From Nitrosopumilus sp. (GTDB taxonomy: Archaea; Thermoproteota; Nitrososphaeria; Nitrososphaerales; Nitrosopumilaceae), in the NCBI GenBank assembly GCA_965223425.1, contig OZ245003.1, forward strand, positions 1,952,001 through 2,016,000: 64,000 bases of DNA. Reading direction: 5' to 3'. Position 1 is the stretch's first letter; every line of letters begins with the position of its first letter. Under the pieces are notes generated by a model. The model had not been told where the DNA came from and searched no databases. It saw only the letters and a program-made list of their open reading frames with translations. Positions 59,176 to 64,000 of the stretch are shown here, one piece after another. Position numbers and translations under genes: made by a program.

Positions 59176-60423
59176 ATGGCTGTAGAAGGGCAATTCATTG
59201 AAACAATTATCGGAGTAGGAATTCTTCTTTTTGCAGCTAAATTAATGGCAGAGCTTTTCCTTAGACTGAAACTTCCAATTGTTTTAGGTGAACTTTTGGC
59301 AGGAATGATCGTGGGCCCGTTTGCATTAGGGGGATTCTTTGTAGTGGATGGAAGACATCTGCTTCAGATTAATGATGAAATAAGAATACTTGGAGAAATG
59401 GGCGCAATCGTAATTTTGTTTATGGCAGGACTGGAAATGACTCCAAAAGAATTTCTCAAAGGAGGAAAAGCAGCGTTTACTGTTGGAACACTAGGAGTAG
59501 TGGTGCCGTTCTTTGCAGGCCTTGCAATTTTCCAAATGTTTGGATTTGATGCATTACAATCAATGTTGATTGCTACGGCGCTTACAGCAACAAGTATTGC
59601 AATTTCAATTCAAGTGCTAAATGAGTTCGGGAAAATCAAAACTCCAGAAGCTAGACTCATCATTGGCGCAGCGATTGTAGATGACATTTTAGCAATTGCA
59701 GTACTATCAGTTGTCACATCTATTGCAGGAACAGATGGGGGAATAGACAACATAGACATTACTGAAGTTACAATTACAATTTTACAAGTATTAGGATTCT
59801 TTGCAATAATGCTTGCTGTGGCAGTGGTAGTTATTCCAAGAATAATTACGCCGAGATTATGGAAGGCAAAAGGTAGTGTTGAGGGAATAGCTACTGCGTC
59901 GTTCTTTGGTGCCGCAGCTCTTGCAGGATCTATCGGGCTATCACCGATTGTAGGGGCGTTTGCTGTGGGAATGGCGCTATCAACTACCAAGGTCTTTGAA
60001 AAAATAGAAAATTATGTCAGTAAGATAGGCTTGATTTTTGCACCGCTATTCTTTGCAATTATTGGGGCACAAGTAGACCTAAGAGCAGTCGATTTGAATA
60101 TTTTGATGCTAAGCGGAGTTGTCATTTCAGTTGCAATTGTTACAAAATTGTTTGGATGTGGACTGCCTGCAATGATGTTTTTGAAAAGTAGGGCACAGGG
60201 GATGAGAGTAGGAATCGGAATGATATCAAGAGGAGAGGTAGGACTCATTGTGGCAGGAGTTGGGGTTACTGCAGGAATACTTACGTCTGAAGTATATTCG
60301 ACAATTGTGATCATGGTAGCAGTAACAACGATCATAACACCAATCTGGTTGAAGATAGAATACAGAAAAGAACAGAAGACGGGAAGCAACGCAGATGCAA
60401 GCACCAAAGTAAAGTCAGAATAA
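59176..60423 (+). CDS. Cation:proton antiporter (CPA2/NapA-like)
   Basis: LF.AGLE, ATS, GAA.VDD, SRGEVGL; about 12 TM helices. Confidence 0.92.
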   Translation: MAVEGQFIETIIGVGILLFAAKLMAELFLRLKLPIVLGELLAGMIVGPFALGGFFVVDGRHLLQINDEIRILGEMGAIVILFMAGLEMTPKEFLKGGKAAFTVGTLGVVVPFFAGLAIFQMFGFDALQSMLIATALTATSIAISIQVLNEFGKIKTPEARLIIGAAIVDDILAIAVLSVVTSIAGTDGGIDNIDITEVTITILQVLGFFAIMLAVAVVVIPRIITPRLWKAKGSVEGIATASFFGAAALAGSIGLSPIVGAFAVGMALSTTKVFEKIENYVSKIGLIFAPLFFAIIGAQVDLRAVDLNILMLSGVVISVAIVTKLFGCGLPAMMFLKSRAQGMRVGIGMISRGEVGLIVAGVGVTAGILTSEVYSTIVIMVAVTTIITPIWLKIEYRKEQKTGSNADASTKVKSE

Positions 60424-60555
60424 ATTGTATGAGTTCACCTACTCTGCGTAAACAACACAAATTCCGTAAAATTCGCGCCTATTTGTAAGGGGACGTGAAC
60501 TCGTACAATAAATTCTCAAAAAGTCTTAAATCATATAGAAAGTTGAGTACAAGAC

Positions 60556-61114
60556 ATGTCAGTAAACATAAACAGCGATTCATTCAAAACAGAAGTACTT
60601 GCAGAGATCAAAAGAATCCAAGAGGAATTATCCGAATTAAAAATTGTTAAAAAAAATATTGTAAAGAAATCAAAGAGAAAGCCAGCTAGAAAGACTGTAA
60701 AGAGAAAACCAGCTAGAGGAACTGCTAAAAGAAAGGTAAAGAGAAAACCAGCTAGAAAGACTGTAAAGAGAAAACCAGCTAGAAAGACTGTAAAGAGAAA
60801 ACCAGCTAGGAAGACTGTAAAGAGAAAACCAGCTAGAAAGACTGTAAAGAGAAAACCAGCTAGAAAGACTGTAAAGAGAAAACCAGCTAGAAAGACTGTA
60901 AAGAGAAAACCAGCTAGGAAGACTAAAGAGAAAACCAGCTAGAAAGACTGTAAAGAGAAAACCAGCTAGGAAGACTGTAAAGAGAAAACCAGCTAGAGGA
61001 ACTGCTAAAAGAAAGGTAAAGAGAAAGCCAGCTAGAAAGACTGTAAAGAGAAAACCAGCTAGGAAGACTGTAAAGAGAAAACCAGCTAGGAAGACTGTAA
61101 AGAGAAAAAGATAG
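60556..61114 (+). CDS. Histone H1/Hc2-like basic repeat protein, frameshifted near 60925
   Basis: About 15 KRKPARKTV units. A 2-nt loss in unit 9 causes the stop at 60942; the repeats continue to TAG 61112-61114. Confidence 0.8.
60673..61108 (+). repeat. 27-bp tandem repeat (AAGAGAAAACCAGCTAGAAAGACTGTA) x about 15
   Basis: Directly visible; two variant GGAACTGCTAAAAGAAAGGTA units. Confidence 0.95.
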
Positions 61115-61169
61115 CCTCGATTGAGCCAAATTATTTAACGAATTTATGTCCATATCAGTATGAGCAGGC

Positions 61170-62756
61170 ATGAGCAAGCTAGATTCTGTTTTTTCTAAAG
61201 CATGTAGTGAAATCACTCAAAATCTACTTACAATTAACGAGCCCAGTAAAAAACAGGTAAAAGATGAAATCATAAAAATCTGTGCTAAATATTCACTAGA
61301 AAGAATTCCCAGAAATTATGAAATTCTGTCAATGGCAAAAGAATCAGATTTCAATAAATTAAAAAAAGTTTTGTTAAGAAAACCAGCTAAAACCGCATCA
61401 GGTGTTGCAGTAGTAGCATTAATGCCAAAACCATACGCTTGTCCACATGGACGGTGCACATATTGTCCGGGAGGAATTGAATTTAATTCTCCAAACAGCT
61501 ATACAGGCAAAGAACCATCTTCACTTAATGCCATTGAAAATGAATTTGATCCTAAATTACAAATCACATCAAAGATTGACAAACTAGTTGCATTTGGTCA
61601 TGAACCGTCTAAAATGGAGATTGTAATTGTTGGGGGCACTTTTCTGTTTATGCCAAGAGACTATCAAGAAAATTTTATCAAATCATGCTATGATGCTCTA
61701 AATGGAATAGATTCAAAAAATTTGCAAGAAGCAAAATCAAACAATGAACATGCATCAATAAGAAATGTTGGATTTACAATCGAAACAAAACCAGACTATT
61801 GTAAGAAAGAACACGTGGATTGGATGTTAAATTATGGAATCACAAGAGTGGAAATCGGAGTTCAGTCATTACAAGAAAGAGTTTATGAAATAGTCAACAG
61901 GGGCCACAACTATAATGATGTAACAGAATCATTTCAAATTTCTAAAGACGCAGGATACAAAATTGTCGCACATATGATGCCAGGATTGCCTACAGTGACA
62001 CCAGAAGAGGACATTGCAGATTTTAAAAAACTGTTTTCTGATTCACAGCTACGTCCAGACATGTTGAAGATTTATCCATCATTGGTAATTGAAAACACGC
62101 CACTCTATGAGGAATACAAGCAAGGAAGGTACACCCCATATTCAGACGAGGTCATGATCAAAGTGCTAACAGAAGCAAAAAAAAATATCCCAAAATGGGT
62201 CAGAGTCATGCGTGTACAAAGGGAGATCTCCCCAAATGAAATCATTGCAGGGCCAAAATCAGGTAATCTAAGGCAAATCGTGCATGAAAATCTGGCCAAA
62301 CAGGGAATTTCATGCAAATGTATCAGATGCAGAGAGGCAGGCCTTGCTAACAGAAAATCAGATGGAAAAGATGTCAAACTAAACAGAATGGATTATGATT
62401 CTTCAGACGGAAAAGAAGCATTCCTATCCTATGAAGACAAAAATGAATCAATTTATGGGTTTTTGAGATTAAGAAAACCAAGTGGCAATGCTCACAGAGG
62501 CGAAGTGAAAGAAAATTCTTGCATTGTAAGAGAACTTCATGTCTATGGAAAATCATTGAAGATTGGAGAAAAAGAGGAAAATGAGATTCAGCATTCAGGG
62601 TTGGGGAAAAATTTAATGAAAGAAGCAGAAAAAATTTCTAAAGAAGAATTTGATGCAAAGAAGATTCTAGTAATCAGCGCAGTGGGTACAAGAGAGTACT
62701 ATCAAAAATTAGGGTATTTGTTATATGGGCCATACATGTCTAAAACATTGAACTAG
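61170..62756 (+). CDS. elp3: Elp3 tRNA uridine(34) acetyltransferase (radical SAM + GNAT)
   Basis: KP.KT.SGVAVVA, CPHGRC.YCPGG, LKIYP, RELHVYG, QH.G.G. Confidence 0.95.
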   Translation: MSKLDSVFSKACSEITQNLLTINEPSKKQVKDEIIKICAKYSLERIPRNYEILSMAKESDFNKLKKVLLRKPAKTASGVAVVALMPKPYACPHGRCTYCPGGIEFNSPNSYTGKEPSSLNAIENEFDPKLQITSKIDKLVAFGHEPSKMEIVIVGGTFLFMPRDYQENFIKSCYDALNGIDSKNLQEAKSNNEHASIRNVGFTIETKPDYCKKEHVDWMLNYGITRVEIGVQSLQERVYEIVNRGHNYNDVTESFQISKDAGYKIVAHMMPGLPTVTPEEDIADFKKLFSDSQLRPDMLKIYPSLVIENTPLYEEYKQGRYTPYSDEVMIKVLTEAKKNIPKWVRVMRVQREISPNEIIAGPKSGNLRQIVHENLAKQGISCKCIRCREAGLANRKSDGKDVKLNRMDYDSSDGKEAFLSYEDKNESIYGFLRLRKPSGNAHRGEVKENSCIVRELHVYGKSLKIGEKEENEIQHSGLGKNLMKEAEKISKEEFDAKKILVISAVGTREYYQKLGYLLYGPYMSKTLN

Positions 62757-62765
62757 TGAAAAGAG

Positions 62766-64000
62766 ATGTCAGAACAAGAAACTATTGGAAAAGGAACATG
62801 GATAGACAAATTAGCTCATGAATTACTTGAACGTGAAAAGACGCTTGGTAGAAATTTGGATAACATCAAAGTGGAAAGTGGTCTTGGTGCATCAGGAGTT
62901 CCGCACATTGGAAGTCTAGGAGATGCAGTAAGGGCATACGGAGTCAAATTAGCATTAGAGAATTTTGGTTACAAATCAGAACTAATTGCATATTCAGATG
63001 ATCTTGATGGCTTGAGAAAAATTCCCGAGGGGCTTCCTGATTCCTTAGAAGAACATTTGGCAAAACCGGTATCGTTGATTCCAGATCCATATGGATGTCA
63101 TGACTCGTATGGAATGCACATGAGCAGTATTCTTTTAGATGGACTAGACAAGGTAGGAATAAAGTACGAGTTTAGAAGGGCAGCTGACACTTACAAACAA
63201 GGACTGCTAAAGGATCAAATCCACACAATCTTACAAAACAGCACAAGGATTGGAGAAAAGATTGCAGAGCTTGTAGGACAAGAGAAATATCAAAAATATC
63301 TCCCATACTTTCCTGTTTGTGCAAATTGTAATCGCCTATACACAGCAGAATCAACTGAATACATTTCTGATGAAAGAAAAGTAAAGTACAGATGCCATGA
63401 CGCTGAAATTGGCTCAAAAATGATCAAGGGCTGCGGCCATAAAGGGGAGGCAGACATTGGAAAGGACCTTGGAAAATTAGCCTGGAAGGTAGAATTTGCA
63501 GCCAGATGGACGGCATTTGACATTAGATTTGAAGCATATGGAAAAGACATTATGGATTCTGTAAAAGTAAATGATTGGGTGGCAGATGAGATTCTAGGGT
63601 ATGCACATCCCCATCACGTGAAATATGAGATGTTCCTAGACAAAGGTGGAAAAAAGATTTCAAAATCACTTGGAAATGTCATAACTGCACAAAAATGGTT
63701 AGAGTTTGGCAGTCCAGAATCAATTTTGTTACTATTATACAAAAGAATTACAGGTGCGCGAGAACTGGGATTCGAAGACATTCCATCATTAATGAATGAA
63801 TACAATGAACTAGAAGACGTTTACTTTGGAAGAATCAAAATAGACAATCAAGCAAAACTGACAAAATCAAAAGGGCTCTACGAGTATGTTAATCTGCTCA
63901 ACCCGCCAAAGCAACCAAGCACACATGTCAACTATCGACTTTTGATTGAATTAGCAAAAATCTTCAAAGAAAACAGAGGAGAAAGAGTAGTGAAAAAATT
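62766..64000 (+). CDS. lysS: Class I lysyl-tRNA synthetase (runs off the window end)
   Basis: ATG 62766; SG..ASG.PHIG, SDD.DGLRK.P, GKL.WKVEF.ARW, KISKSLG. Confidence 0.95.
   Translation, partial: MSEQETIGKGTWIDKLAHELLEREKTLGRNLDNIKVESGLGASGVPHIGSLGDAVRAYGVKLALENFGYKSELIAYSDDLDGLRKIPEGLPDSLEEHLAKPVSLIPDPYGCHDSYGMHMSSILLDGLDKVGIKYEFRRAADTYKQGLLKDQIHTILQNSTRIGEKIAELVGQEKYQKYLPYFPVCANCNRLYTAESTEYISDERKVKYRCHDAEIGSKMIKGCGHKGEADIGKDLGKLAWKVEFAARWTAFDIRFEAYGKDIMDSVKVNDWVADEILGYAHPHHVKYEMFLDKGGKKISKSLGNVITAQKWLEFGSPESILLLLYKRITGARELGFEDIPSLMNEYNELEDVYFGRIKIDNQAKLTKSKGLYEYVNLLNPPKQPSTHVNYRLLIELAKIFKENRGERVVKK

Noticed and set aside
60673-61108. 27-bp repeats as a CRISPR array
   Set aside because: Units are contiguous with no unique spacers, are a multiple of 3, and encode a peptide repeat; no cas genes are present.

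Overview
This 64 kb window is archaeal chromosome with a Nitrosopumilus-like (Thaumarchaeota/Nitrososphaerota) gene set; the taxonomic call is inferred from gene content and protein similarity. The core backbone carries scpA/scpB, rps8e, srp19, gar1, two tfb, tbp, sufC, a tetrapyrrole/heme cluster (ChdC-like, AhbAB-like, sirC, hemA, hemB), F420 genes (cofC/D/G/H), secG, tsr3, map, purM, elp3 and class I lysS, plus tRNA-Leu(CAA, with intron) and tRNA-Pro(TGG). Four accessory patches interrupt it (about 14-21.9, 25.1-28.2, 31-33.35 and 55.5-58 kb). The most notable observations are these. (1) A transposase-less tnpB element (32056-33346) is bounded by perfect 25-bp GGTTCTGT- terminal inverted repeats and an 8-bp target duplication, i.e. 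IS6-like DDE ends rather than IS200/IS605 ends. A second, decayed cargo element with the same end type lies at 55498-58030. (2) An IS110 DEDD N-terminal half is fused in frame to a tyrosine-recombinase domain and preceded by a non-coding end folding into a bridge-RNA-like architecture (5' hairpin plus two internal-loop stems). (3) An ISH3-type IS is nested at the start codon of an IS66 that truncates a Fic gene. (4) A frameshifted KRKPARKTV tandem-repeat histone-H1-like gene is present. All calls come from reading the sequence; no database searches or folding programs were run.
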